NCBI RefSeq assembly: GCF_006345805.1 | Contig: NW_021832715.1 | Location: 1-64,000, forward strand | Direction: 5' to 3' | Length of the DNA stretch: 64,000 nt | Source of the DNA: Octopus sinensis | Taxonomy: Eukaryota | Shown: piece by piece, positions 1 to 12,789 of the stretch | How positions within the stretch are numbered: the first letter of the stretch is position 1 | How the letters are laid out: every line of letters starts with the position of its first letter | Position numbers and translations under genes: made by a program | The notes under the pieces: generated by a model | Database searches by the model: none | What the model was told of the DNA's origin: nothing | The model's input: only the letters and a program-made list of their open reading frames with translations

Positions 1-68
1 TATACTCCCAGTTCTTTTGACTGAGACTCAAAACGATCTAACAGTCTAAAAGAAATAGCAGTCAAATA

Positions 69-247
69 GGCGTAGGAGTGGCTGTGTGGTAAGTAGCTTG
101 CTTACCAACCACATGGTTCCTGGTTCAGTCCCACTGCGTGGCAACTTGGGCAAGTGTCTTCTACTATAGCCTTGGGCCAACCAGAGCCTTGAGAGTGGAT
201 TTGGTAGACGGAAACTGAAAGAAGCCCATCGTATATATGTATGTATG

Positions 248-281
<34 letters not shown>

Positions 282-477
282 CATATGCTTGTCTGTGTTT
301 GTCTCCCCAACATCGCCTGACAACCGATGCTGGTGTGTTTACGGTCCCGTAACTTAGCTGTTCGGCATAAGAAACCGATAGAATAAGTACTAGGTTTCTA
401 AAGAATAAGTCCTGGGGTCGATTTGCTCCAGCATGGCCACAGTCAAATGACTGAAACAAATAAAAGAGTAAAGAGTA
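69..477 (+). mobile_element. tRNA-derived SINE, family 1 (near full length, internal TA/TG microsatellite)
   Basis: Head GGCGTAGGAGTGGCTGTGTGG...GGTTCAGTCCC (A/B-box-like), internal (TA)n(TG)n, 3' AAAGAGT-repeat tail; the same sequence recurs more than 15 times in the window on both strands. Confidence 0.9.
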
Positions 478-660
478 AATCACCTGTAAATCATATTGTG
501 CCATTAAAATGCACAAAAACTGGCTCTGGCTATGTAGTACAAGTGTCTTGTTTCCATAAGTTTTGAATTAAAATCTTCCACCAAGCCTTAGTCACAATTT
601 ATGTTCCTAACACTAGCTTAATGGTAACTGAGTTATTTTACTAAATTCTTTGTTAAACTT

Positions 661-1054
661 TCTTTTACTTGTTTCAGTCATTTGACTGTGGCCATGCTGG
701 AGCACCACCCTTAGTTGAGCAAATCGCCCCGTCTTATTTGTTGTGAGCCTAGTACTTATTCTATCGGTCTCTTTTGCCGAACCACTAAGATACGGAGACG
801 TAAACACACCAGCATCGGTTGTCAAGCGATGTTGGGGGGACAAACACAGAGACACAAACACACACACATACATATATATATATGCATATATACGATGGGC
901 TTCTTTCAGTTTCCGTCTATCAAATCCACACACAAGGCTTTGGTTGGCCCGAGGCTATAGTAGAAGACACTTGCCCAAGCTGCGCCGCAGTGGGACTGAA
1001 CCTGGAACCATTTGGTTGGTAAGCAAGCTACTTACCACACAGCCACACCTGCGC
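661..1054 (-). mobile_element. SINE family 1, inserted inside a TTAA-type MITE
   Basis: Reverse complement of the 69-477 element. The flanks (ATTCTTTGTT / TATATTTAAAGTAATTG) rejoin to match the uninterrupted MITE at 62287-62439. Confidence 0.9.
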
Positions 1055-1329
1055 GTATATTTAAAGTAATTGAAAGAAACACAGAACATCTCAATAGAAA
1101 TACAGTAACAAAAGGGTTAAATGATGTAGTTCTAAATAGGTAATTCCACAAAGGATAGTCATGGCTTGAAAGTTTGTATCATCATTTGTAAAGTTTGGCT
1201 TTTCACAAATTTTTCACTTGAATATTTCAACTATACCCATAAATGTGTGTGGACAGCCATAGAAGAAAAATCTATTTAACAGAGTCTCTTCCTCAGTTTT
1301 CTTTTCTCTGTGGGGGTTGTTTTAGGTCC

Positions 1330-1521
1330 CATCATCATCATCATCATTTAACGTCCGTTTTCCATGCTAGCATGGGTTGGACGGTTCGACCGGGGTCTGG
1401 TAAGCCATGGAAGCTGCACCAGGCTCCAGTCTGATCTGGCAGCGTTTCTACAGCTGGATGCCCTTCCTAATGCCAACCACTCCGTGAGTGTAGTGGGTGT
1501 TTTTTACGTGCCACCGGCACA
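1330..1521 (-). mobile_element. SINE family 2 / LINE-like 3' end with (ATG)n tail
   Basis: (CAT)n-TTTAACGTCCGTTTTCCATGCTAGCATGGGTTGGACGG...; matches copies at 4150, 24293, 37258, 51530, 57706 and 61975. Confidence 0.85.
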
Positions 1522-1978
1522 ACCAAAACATTTTTGTCTTCAGTCTTTATTGCCTGATTTAACTCTTTTCAAGCCATATTCTTTTTTTTTTTTTAATTCA
1601 CCATTTACCTGGTTTAAATTAATGTTGAAAATAATGTACTTGGAAGCATTTAGTGAAAAATAACTAATTAGGCTCTTTGATAGAACCAGCCTTAACACTA
1701 GGTTCTAACATAAATTAATAATGGAAGATTTTAATATAGAATTCAAATATTTTGAAATTTGAGGTTTTGTATCAGTAGTCTAAAAATGCTCTCAGGCAGA
1801 TTGGTCTCACTACCTATCCTCTTCAAGCAGGACAGGAAAGCCCTTTTGCAAGCATTTTGTCAAGGTCTCCAAATTCAACAAGCTATTAGTTGTAGCTTCT
1901 TCCTTGCTTTTCCCCTCTACTGTCAGTTTTAGAAACCAGGCAGGAATGTCGGGCCTCTCACTAAATCATAAACTGATG

Positions 1979-2067
1979 TCTTCTACTATAGCCTCGGGCC
2001 GACGAAAGCCTTGTGAGTGGATTTGGTAGACGGAAACTGAAAGAAGCCCGTCGTATATATGTGTGTG

Positions 2068-2098
<31 letters not shown>

Positions 2099-2252
2099 AT
2101 GTGTATACATTTTTGTGTCTGTGCTTGTCCCCACAACATTGCTTGACAACCGATACTGGTGTGTTTACGTCGCTGTAACTTAGTGGTTCGGCAAAAGAGA
2201 ACCAATAGAATAAGTACTAGGCTTACAAAGAATAAGTCCTGGGGTCGATTTG
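1979..2252 (+). mobile_element. SINE family 1, truncated at both ends
   Basis: Aligns to the middle of the 69-477 copy, including the microsatellite. Confidence 0.85.
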
Positions 2253-2920
2253 TGCTATAAAATGTTTTGGAGACAATGTCCAGCTGTTGAAGGTGCTTCA
2301 TATTTTAGTACTGTCCACATAACACTCAAACACACCAACACCACCATGAGCTGCACACCAACGCTACCACTGTACATCACATGCCAACACTGTCACTGTA
2401 TACCTCAAACACCATACATGAACACCACTGTATGTAATGCATGAATGCTGTCATACAGGGGCATGCTGCCTCACACAGACACACTTGCAATACAACTGTA
2501 CATGCATGACAACTCTCTACTGTACAACAGTTGTTATAGAACTTAGAACTTCTGTCTTGCATTTCACTATAGTGTACAAGTTACTTTGATCGCACCCAGC
2601 CTTAAACCCACACCTGGCTGTATATGAAGTCATACACCATGAAATCAAGCTTATTTCAGATTGCCAAATCAAATGTAATTATTTATCAACTGAAAAACCA
2701 GTCACCTGCCTGACTAGCATAAACCTTTCCGCTAATGCTCATTTTATGGATTTCTCAATTTTTCCTATTTTGGTTGTAAATTACTTTATACGATCAGAAT
2801 ATTAACAAGTCTGCTGATTTATTAATAAAAATATAACAAAGAAAAATAAAATATAGAGTATAAAGCTCCACAAGTCAATGTGTTCTTGCTGCTGCTCGCA
2901 ACTAAGACTGATCTGATTAT

Positions 2921-3646
2921 CTTTTACTTGTTGCAGTTACCTTCACTGCAGCCATGCTGGAGCACCGCCTTGAAGGGTTTCTTTTTTTTTTATTTCTAGT
3001 CGAACAAATCGACCTTAGGACATATTTTTTTAAAGTCTAATACTACTTCTATTGGTCTCCTTTTGCTAAACCTCTAAGTTACAGGAACATAAACACACCA
3101 ATACTGGTTGCCAATCTTTGGTAGGGGATAAACACTCACACACATGATGGAGATTTTTTCAGTTTTCATTTACCAAATCCACTCACAAGGCTTTGATCAG
3201 CCCGAGGCTACAGTGGAAGACAATTGTCTAAGGTGCCATGCAGTGGGACTGAACCTGGAACAATGTAGTTAGGAAGGCCATGCTGGAGCACCGCCTTTAG
3301 TCGAGCAAATCGACCCCGGGACTTATTCTTTGTAAGCCCAGTACTTATTCTATCGGTCTCTTTTGCCGAACCGCTAAGTGACGGGGACGTAAACACACCA
3401 GCATCGGTTGTCAAGCAATGCTAGGGGACAAACACAGACACACAAACATATACACACACACTTATATATATATATACATATATACGACAGGCTTCTTTCA
3501 GTTTCTGTCTACCAAATCTACTCACAAGGCATTGGTCGGCCGGGGCTATAGCAGGAGACACTTGCCCAAGATGCCACGCAGTGGGACTGAACCCGGAACC
3601 ATGTGGTTGGTTAGCAAGCTACTTACCACACAGCCACTCCTGCGCC
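2921..3646 (-). mobile_element. Two tandem SINE family 1 copies (older 2921-3270, younger 3276-3646)
   Basis: Both align to family 1; the first is much more diverged. Confidence 0.8.
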
Positions 3647-4106
3647 TATGTAACATTTAAATAAGGAAATGGAATTACATCTTTCAGTCATCATTTTTAT
3701 GAAAGATTTTTTCCATGGTGGCAGAGATTGAGAGAGAATTCTTAAGGCAGTATTCTATGGCCAGGTTGCTTTTCATGAACTTTAACCTTAACTTGTTTCC
3801 AAGTTATGTTCTTTTGGTCAGTGACTTAGCATGTTATACCACTGCTGGATGTTTTGTTTATGAGAGACAATGTCATTGCTAAGATACATGGATACATACA
3901 CACATGCATATGTATGTATATTTTAAGATCCACAAGATCAGAACTTCACTGCAGCACTTGGTGGTCCAAAGCAGATATGCTATTATGTGGGTGCCTTTTC
4001 AAAACATTGCCTGGTTTAAAAACCCACATCATATGCCATGATAGATCTAAGGTGTAAGTAGAAGAGGTGGTCAATTTCTGTATAAAGAGTAGACCACCAC
4101 CATATA

Positions 4107-4146
<40 letters not shown>

Positions 4147-4149
4147 CCT

Positions 4150-4408
4150 TACTGGCACCTGTGCCATTGGCATGTGTAAAAAAATTTGAGCGAGGTTGTT
4201 GCCAGTACCACCTGACTGGCCCCCATGCCGATGGCATGTAAAAGCACCTACTACACTCTCGGAGTGGTTGGCATTAGGTAGTGCATCAAGCTGTAGAAAC
4301 TCTGCTAGATCAAGACTGGAGCTTGGTGCCGCCATCTGGTTCGCCAGCCCACAGTCAAACCGTCCAACCCATGCTAGCATGGAAAGCGGACGTTAAACGA
4401 TGATAATG
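4150..4408 (+). mobile_element. SINE family 2
   Basis: ...AAAGCACCTACTACACTCTCGGAGTGGTTGGCATTAGG...GGACGTTAAACGATGAT tail. Confidence 0.85.
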
Positions 4409-5013
4409 ATATATATATATATATATATTATATAATATAATATTATAATATATATATATATAATATATGCACACAGTTTCTGTGAGACCATGTGTTACTG
4501 TCTCCTTGCTTTGACAGTGTCCTTCATTCTCAATCTTTGTGGAAACATGTCAGATTTTGGAGAAGTGAGGGTTGGCAACAGGAGAGTGTCCTGCTGCAGT
4601 AGATCTTTCACAAAATTTCTTTCTGAACCTTGCAAGCAGGTGGAAGTTAGTGATCATGCATACACATGAGAGGCTTCTACAGGTTCCACTTAACAAAATT
4701 TCACTCATGAGATATTGGTCAACTTAGGCTATAACAGATTTACTTGCCCAAGGTACTATGCAATGGATTGAATTGGAAACCATGTGATTTGAAGCAAATT
4801 TCATGACCACAGGAGTTTTTTTTTATTATTTTCATTATTATTATTATTATTCTCAATGCAATATGTCCAGATAAAATTTTTAAAAAGATATTGCTTTTAA
4901 TTTTTACAGTTGGATGATTTGTGCTGGCAAGTAAAATAAAAACACAGACAAAAGAAACCAATTAAATATTTGACTTAATTTGCATATCCATGCAGCACAA
5001 GTCAATTATTATT

Positions 5014-5108
5014 TTATGTTCGTATCAAATCTTCCCCCCTCCTCCATTTTGTGCAGTCTTGCACATCCTTTGTATTATTCTTCAAATCATCCAAAGAAGA
5101 AAAGGAAT
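5014..5108 (-). CDS. Candidate terminal coding exon (D)SFSSLDDLKNNTKDVQDCTKWRRGEDLIRT*, unknown gene
   Basis: Acceptor tttttatattattAG, open phase-1 frame of 30 codons plus TAA; phase-compatible with 5344-5392. No homology recognised. Confidence 0.2.
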
Positions 5109-5343
5109 CTAATAATATAAAAACTTGTAGTGGATGATGGTTTATGACTGTCTTCCATTCACTGCATGGAATTTTCATATTATGGCACTCATTTCAGTTT
5201 GGTGTCTCTGATTAAAAAACAAATCCAACTTTGGACTAAAATAAGAGCATCTCTATACATTCCATCTATAATCTTAGACCACTTGAAACATTTTCTGCTG
5301 GTTCCATAATCTATCTGGTATTAGTTAGATGAAAAATATTTAC

Positions 5344-5392
5344 CAGTTAATCCTTCTCCAATTTTATGTGGGTAAATTCGTTTAAGAGACAT
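5344..5392 (-). CDS. Candidate exon MSLKRIYPHKIGEGLT, unknown gene
   Basis: tttctgcAG acceptor, GTAAAT donor, only one of three frames open. Confidence 0.2.
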
Positions 5393-5497
5393 CTGCAGAA
5401 ATATTGGATATTACAAAATGCTTTTTATAGAGTCTAATCTTCATAAATCAAGCAAAGTATGAAAAGAAGACAAACTGGATTTAATTTCATTCATTAT

Positions 5498-5552
<55 letters not shown>

Positions 5553-5943
5553 GTTTTTATTTTAGAATAAATTAAAATTTTATCTGGAGTCTAAATCATT
5601 TAAACCCTAATATTATTGCTAAACCTAAAACCATATTGTTTTAACCATAATACACAGTAGCAGCAACATAATTATTATTATTATTATTATTGTTACTAAT
5701 GGTAGTGGTGGTTCGTTAGCTGTCAATTGCAAAGTAATTATGACTATCATTATAAATTAGCTTCTAGAGATAGAATCTCTCCTTTTACTGTTCTATCGCC
5801 AGGAATAGTCTGTCGCTTCCTTATCTTCATTTTCACACTTCCCCTCTATCACATTTAGTTTTTAATTTTTTTATATCAAGTTTGCCCAGAGTTATTATTT
5901 TGCCCCCCTTGTCAGTCTGTTGACCCTAACTAAGCAGACTATA

Positions 5944-6417
5944 TTAACCCTTTTGATACGAACCGAACCCGTTACTGACGATCATTCCTGCTTCTATGAT
6001 ACTAACTTCCTGTTTTAAAGCGATCTAAATCAAAAACCAAACCTATCAAAATTTCATACTTAATCTTTTACCTTTTACTTGTTTTAATCATTAGACTGTG
6101 ACCATGCTGGGGCACCATCTTGAGGAATTTTTAGTCATATGAGTTGACCCAATTTTATCGGTCTCTTTTGCTGAACTGCTAAGTTATGGGGACATAAACA
6201 CACCAACACCAGATGTCAAGTGGTTAATAAGACATACACACACACACATACACACACACACACACATACACATACACACATACACATACACACACACACA
6301 TACACACACACATACACACACACATACACACACACATACACACACACATACACACACACATACACACACACATACACACATACACACACACACATACGCA
6401 CACACACATACGCACAC

Positions 6418-6468
<51 letters not shown>

Positions 6469-6683
6469 CTTTCTGCCTACCAAATCCACTTACAAGACTT
6501 TGGTTGGCCTAAGATTATAGTAGTGGAACTGAACCCAGAATTATGTAGTTGGAAATTAAGCTTCTTACCACGCTGCCATACTTGTGCCTAATAATCACAA
6601 AACTTATTTTACTAAATTCTTTATTTTAAAAATTAATTGAAACCAAGTCTATTCCGGCAGAAATATGGTAGCAAAACAGTTAA
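5944..6683. mobile_element. TTAA-flanked MITE (family A) interrupted by an old SINE family 1 copy with an expanded (CA)n tract
   Basis: Starts TTAACCCTTTTGATAC, ends GGTAGCAAAACAGTTAA; SINE at about 6070-6588. Confidence 0.7.
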
Positions 6684-8326
6684 AAGACACATTCAGGTTA
6701 CAACAGCCCTTTTTTTTTCTTCAAACTAAGACTATTCAATTTATCCTTCAAATTTCTCTTTGTTTGATTTAAGGTAGTGTAATGTAATTTAAGGAAGATT
6801 AGGTTGCTATTTCATGTAGGTCAAATATCCACATAGGTTTAGTTGTTGATTTGAACTGATTGTGTTTTCTTTTTGTGTCTAAAGTGAATTTAGATGTTAT
6901 TAGAAGTGAACAGAGATATTAGATATGATACAGTTGGACAAATAGCTGTTACTGGATGTGGTGTAGTCACTCCAAAACATAGTCTTCAGTGATGTAATAG
7001 TATTATAGATACAACGCCAACTTTCCAGTTATTGATGATCTAGATCATCTTATAATTCACACTGATTTTAAGCAGAAATTTTAAATTCTCACAGCTGTCA
7101 GACTAGTTTCCTGGGTAGCCCTGTTTCATAATACTTTTGACAGTATAGTATTAATAAACATGTATCATTTATACTAATGTATAGAGACCCTGTATTTAAT
7201 TTAATCATTTAGTTAAACTTAATAACCAAAATAGGCTTTGGAAGCAAAGGTTCAGGGAAAAAAAAATCAATGTTGTACCTGTATTAATAATTATTAACTT
7301 GATTAGAATAAGTACATATGATTACACCTATCTCAATATTTTGCTAATATTAATTCATCAACCAAGGCAGAACTGTTAAGATACTGGACAAAATGCCAAC
7401 GGTTGTTCCATGTGTTCACCATCTGTTCGTATTGGAGCTTTTGGCACGAATGCCAAGTAGTACAGCATGTCATTTCCAAATTCCTTGCAGAGTGGATTGC
7501 GTCATGGTGATGTTTTTCTCACAGACAGTGCCCAAATGAGCCTACTATACTGTGTAGTCGACAAAATCAAAAACAAACAATGCACATGCACAAAATTAAA
7601 AATATAAAATGGCAACAATTTACCCATCGCACCCTTTGTGTGTGTCTATGTCAGTGTTTGTCCCGTCACTGCCTGACAACTGGTGTTGGTGTGTTTACAT
7701 CCCCATAACTTAGCAATTCAGCAAAAGAGACCAATAGAATATTAAGCTTAAAAGATAAGTCCTGGGGGCGATTTGTACAACTAAGACCCTTCAATGTGGT
7801 GCTCCAGCATGGCTGTAGTCAAATGAGAGAAACAAGTAATAGAATATCTATATAGTATGTAGATAGGGTTATAATCCAAGCTGCGTCCTTATGAAGCACA
7901 TCTGTATATTCCTGTGCTCCAAAATTGTATACAGATGTTATGATTGTATGAGGTACGCAGAAGTACAGAAAAATACTGGAAAATAGTTTTGCAGAGTAAT
8001 TATATATTAAAACAGGAAATTGGAAAATAATTGTTCGGTATTATTTATTCACCGTTACATGCATTTCATTTGCTAATAGGAGTTACAAGACTGTACGTGT
8101 AGAAGACACAGTGAAGCTATCTTCTATTAGAAATTTTTCAGACACAGTCAAATAATAAATATGAATAAATATATGTATATATATATATATTATATCAACG
8201 AGAAGAATGACAGAGCTTCTCTGTTATGTTTGAGAGGAAGTTAAAAATAGAACCAGAATCATCTGTATTTTTAGTGAAGAATCTAGTTCACCATTGTCTA
8301 CCAAAGCTCAGTTTTTAAGAGCTCTT

Positions 8327-8328
8327 GA

Positions 8329-8399
<71 letters not shown>

Positions 8400-8452
8400 A
8401 ATAATATATAAATATATGCATATATACATACATATATGTACATACCTACATA

Positions 8453-8539
<87 letters not shown>

Positions 8540-8548
8540 GCATATATG
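8327..8548. repeat. (TG)n/(TA)n microsatellite tract
   Basis: Directly visible dinucleotide runs. Confidence 0.95.
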
Positions 8549-8725
8549 GGTACAGGACATCTATAAGCATAGACACAATGAGAAAACAGAAACATAAAAA
8601 CAAAAACATAGAAAATGAACCTTTTTTCGAACAATGAAAAAGAAAACAAAAACAAGACATGCAACATAAAGAACATTTCCTTTCATCAATTGTCCCCGTT
8701 TCATCTACTCCGTGTTTCAGTGGTT

Positions 8726-8763
<38 letters not shown>

Positions 8764-8970
8764 AATATAATTGTGCTTAAGTTGCTTTAAATAAAGATTT
8801 TAGTGTAATGGCTTTAAATAAAGATGTTTTTTCCCCCCAAGCTTTCCCATCTGGTCAGTAACAACCAGTATTATGCGTGCATGCAATCCTAAGCCCCTGT
8901 ATATATCGGTTTTTCCATTGCTGGTTTTAACTTCAGCATTCTAGCTTTATTAGTATTGCTGTCTACCCAC

Positions 8971-9024
8971 TCCTTCCATCAAATTAAGATCTCCATGGTA
9001 TCCCCTAATAGGAATTCTATAATT
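8971..9024 (-). CDS. Candidate exon NYRIPIRGYHGDLNLMEG (alternative frame IIEFLLGDTMEILI*)
   Basis: tttaatgttacAG acceptor; GTGGGT donor after 54 nt; two readable frames. Confidence 0.2.
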
Positions 9025-9854
9025 CTGTAACATTAAACAACAAAACCATTCTTCTATAAATTCAAAGAATGTTCATTATTTTATGTGATGGGATAACCTC
9101 AAGCTATTTAGTATTATTAATGTGATATGAAAACACACATACACATGATTAAAATCATGTGAAGGTAATTCTCTCTCTTTCAGAGATATTTTTAATCTTC
9201 ATCAGTTAATTGACTTGTAAAATTCTGAATTTATCCCTCTGTGGTCTAGGATAGTCTTGTACCAACAGTAGTATGCTGCCTCTCCCCTTCTGTGATGTTT
9301 CCCACCGGGGCTGCAGTACGGTCCATGTGGATTGTCAGTGGTCTATATTAGTTTTGGTTGATCAAATTGAGTTTTACTCCCTTCTGTGTTATATAACGAA
9401 ATTAAAAATAAATGAGGAGAATCATTCATGGTGATTTTTCTCTTGAATTTTGAGAACCACTTTTCTGGAAAAGATTTTACATATCTGTTTAGCCTTAGGA
9501 TTCTTAACCAGGGAATAAACCTTAGAGGGTAAAAACTTTACTGGACAAAGGATTAATATATTTGCTGCTTCATTCATTGATTTACTGTTTATTTTTACAT
9601 ACAAGCATGGTTTAGACAGCGAGTTATTGAGATAGATTTTATAGTCAGATGGTCTTCCTGCCACTGGCCTGTATTTGTTCTTCAAGTAATAGATCCTTTA
9701 TTCCAGAGGTCTTCAAAAACACAGTAGAAATGGTCATAATGCCAGCAAAGAATGTCAATATTATTGTTGTCTTGCTGAAGCAGTGACAAGCTTAGAATAT
9801 TAACTTTTGTTCTTGTGTATATACACACATACCTAACTGTATGCACATATACAC

Positions 9855-10057
9855 CTTAATCTACCTATCTATACACACTATACTTCTATTGTCTGTACAT
9901 ACACTTCTATCTATTTGTCTATACACATACATACACTTATATCCATTTATCTATACACATACATACACTTATATCCATTTATCTATACACATACATACAC
10001 TTATATCCATTTATCTATACACATACATACACTTCTCTCTATTTGTCTATACACATA
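9855..10057. repeat. Minisatellite, about 32-bp unit (TATACACATACATACACTTATATCCATTTATC)
   Basis: Three near-identical units plus degenerate flanking units. Confidence 0.85.
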
Positions 10058-11120
10058 CAGGGTGGGGCAGAGAGGATGGACATTTTTTTGAAAAATCCAT
10101 TAATTTTAGCTGCAAACAAATTTTATTGACATAAATGATTTCATATTGAATTAGTGCTTGTCAAAATCAAGTGTGAAAACAATATCCATCTTGTGGTGTC
10201 CATCTTCATTGATGCATTTCTGAAGGTGTTCTTGGAAGTCACCAAAATCGACAGAGCAATGCTGGAGGCCTCCACTCTCTCCAGCATTGCTCTGTCGATT
10301 TTTGTGACATCCACGCGAATGAATAGCTTCCTTCAGTCATCCAATGAACAGGGCTTATGCACATGCACACATGCCTTGAAGTTTCCCCCACGAGAAATAG
10401 TCACACATGGACAAATCAGGGGATCGGTGGGGCCAAAGAATGTCTGCAAACCTGGAAATGAGGCGGTCACTGAAGACAGGGCGGAGAATGTCAATTGATG
10501 CTCTAACTGTGTGGGCCGTTGCCCCATCCTGCTGAAACCACACACATCAAATAAGCATATGTTTTCATCATAATTCATGCACAAGGAAGTTGTTTATCAT
10601 CTCAATGTAACGCTCAGAGTTCACAGTAACAGCATTTCCATTATTGTCTTCAAAAACAGTGAGGACCAATGATGGCAACTTTTCCAACAGCACACTAGAC
10701 CATCAATTTTTGGCTGTGTGGTCTTTCGTGCAGTTCTCTCAGATTTTCAAGAGACCAATAACAACAGTCTTATTGATTCACCATGCCATTGAGATGAAAA
10801 TGAGTTTCATTACTCATTAACAAAATGAGGTTGTCATTTGTCTCAAAAATCTGATGTGCGAAGTTAAGCCACTGTGCATAGTCCCATGGTTTCACCTGTT
10901 GCCAATGACCAATTTGTACAGGTGGAAATGCAGGTTTTCATACAAAATATGCCTTACTGATTGATTACCGATGCCAAGTTCAATGGAATGCCTCTGAGGA
11001 GGGTGATTCGGACTCCATATCAAAGCTATCCATTTGTCTATACACACACACACATTTCTCTCTATTTGTCTATACACATTCCACATTTTCCAGGGTCCAT
11101 ACTGTTCGCCCCCCACCCCT
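10058..11120 (-). pseudogene. Decayed Tc1/mariner transposon with DD41D (rosa-type) transposase relic and imperfect TIRs
   Basis: Minus-strand fragments read SVRHILYENLHFHLYKL (HTH region), LMSNETHFHLNG, NAVTVNSERY, WFQQDGATAH, WPHRSPDLSMCDYF. There are 41 residues between the QQD and CD aspartates. Left end TA-CAGGGTGGGGCAGAGAGGATGGAC (10058-10081); right end GTCCATACTGTTCGCCCCCCACCCCT (11095-11120). Several stops and frameshifts. Confidence 0.9.
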
Positions 11121-11169
11121 TCCACTGATCTTTATGCATTAGTGTGCTTCATGTAAGAAATGAATTCAC

Positions 11170-11213
11170 CCAATGTAAGACTGTGTTACGGGTGGGAACA
11201 GCCATGGCTTCAC
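11170..11213 (-). CDS. Candidate 44-nt exon (GEAMAVPTRNTVLHW or VKPWLFPPVTQSYIG)
   Basis: Strong acceptor atttcttttcgtttcAG; GTGAAT donor. Confidence 0.3.
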
Positions 11214-11357
11214 CTGAAACGAAAAGAAATGTTAAGACACCATCGACCAAACGGAGCTGAGTAATAGCCATTTCAAAAACGTTCATTCTCTCTGTCCTAC
11301 CCTGTACATACACTTCTATCTATTTGTCTATAATCTATACACTTTTCTTTTTTTATT

Positions 11358-11559
11358 CTTTCTTTTACGTGTTTCAGTCATTTGACTGTGGCCATGCTGG
11401 AGCACCGCCTTTAGTTGAGCAAATCGACCCCGGGACTTATTCTTTGTAAGCCCAGTACTTATTCTATCAGTCTCTTTTGCCGAACCGCTAAGTGACAGGA
11501 ACGTAAACACACCATCATCGGTTGTCAAGCAATGCTAGGGGGACAAACACAGACATACA

Positions 11560-11640
<81 letters not shown>

Positions 11641-11808
11641 TATATACAACAGGCTTCTTTCAGTTTCCGTCTACCAAATCCACTCACAAGGCATTGGTCG
11701 GCCCGGGGCTATAGCAGAAGACACTTGCCCAAGATGCCACGCAGTGGGACTGAACCCAGAACCATGTGGTTGGTTAGCAAGCTACTTACCACACAGCCAC
11801 TCCTGCGC
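11358..11808 (-). mobile_element. SINE family 1, near full length
   Basis: High identity to the 3276-3646 copy. Confidence 0.9.
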
Positions 11809-12364
11809 TTATGTATATGTCTATAGACATACATAAACTTTTATATATGTCTATACACATTCACACACATCTGTTTAAACACATACATACACATCCACAC
11901 CTATCTGTCAACACACACATTTCTCAACACACATGCACACACACACACCTATCTATCTATTTATCTATCAACACAAGCACACATACATATTCAACAAACT
12001 TCCCGTATTTTCCATCTACCAAATTCACTCACAAATGTTGACTAAGATGCCATGTAATGGGAATGAACCTGGAACTACTTGACTGCTTTACAACTACACA
12101 GCATTTGCCTACTTGAAAATTAAACATTCTCTGATGCAACCTTAATGAAATTCTTCCTTTTCTTTTTCTTTACATCTATGGCAGTTATGCATTTCATTGC
12201 ATGGGAGTAATGGGGTAATAGTGAAATGCATTAAAGCTGAGAGGGGGGGAAATGACAGAAAATGGGTTGATACTCACTGTTATAGACTGTAGTTATATAA
12301 AATGAATAAGCAGGATGTTTTCATACTTGTCCCATTATCCTTCTGCCCATTTCTCTAAAATTCT

Positions 12365-12789
12365 TTAACTCCTTAGCAATCAGATTATTCTGTCAAATGT
12401 AATATTTATTTATTCACATTGTAATGCTTATTTATTAATCATGAATTATTTTGTAGCTTTGAAATTTTGATGTGATTGTATATATTTAAAATGGCATTGA
12501 AGGGTAGGTCTGATAGGCTGGATCTGGTTGGTTAGAACACAAAGCAGCTAGTATATTTGAGCTGGATATGGCTGGTTTAAATGCTTAAGGGTTAAACTTT
12601 TTGTTACCATATTTCTATTGAAATACACTGTTTCAGTTAATTTTAAAATTAAGGAAGAATTTATTAAAATATTTTGGTCATTATTAAGGTGGTGTTTAGA
12701 ACATTTTAATTTAGATCACTTTAAACCAAGAAGTTTATGCTATAGAACCAGGAAAGTGGTCACGAGTGGATTAGTGTCAAAAGAATTAA
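12365..12789. mobile_element. MITE family B (12365-12595) joined to MITE family A (12592-12789) at one shared TTAA
   Basis: TTAACTCCTTAGCAATCAG...ATGCTTAAGGG-TTAA-ACTTTTTGTTACCATATTTC...AAAAGAATTAA. Confidence 0.7.

Noticed and set aside
46-1069. ORFs of 70-156 aa in the track (and similar ones at 1966, 38265, 48775, 49258)
   Set aside because: They are translations of SINE family 1 and recur at every copy; no protein motif.
8971-9024. Faint resemblance of YRIPIRGYHGDLNLMEG to a CEP192 segment recalled as IPLSGYGGTSNLILEG
   Set aside because: Too short, and the neighbouring candidate exons do not extend the similarity; no gene symbol assigned.
9422-9685. 87-aa minus-strand ORF in unique sequence
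   Set aside because: No recognisable domain or convincing splice boundaries; the length is within chance expectation.
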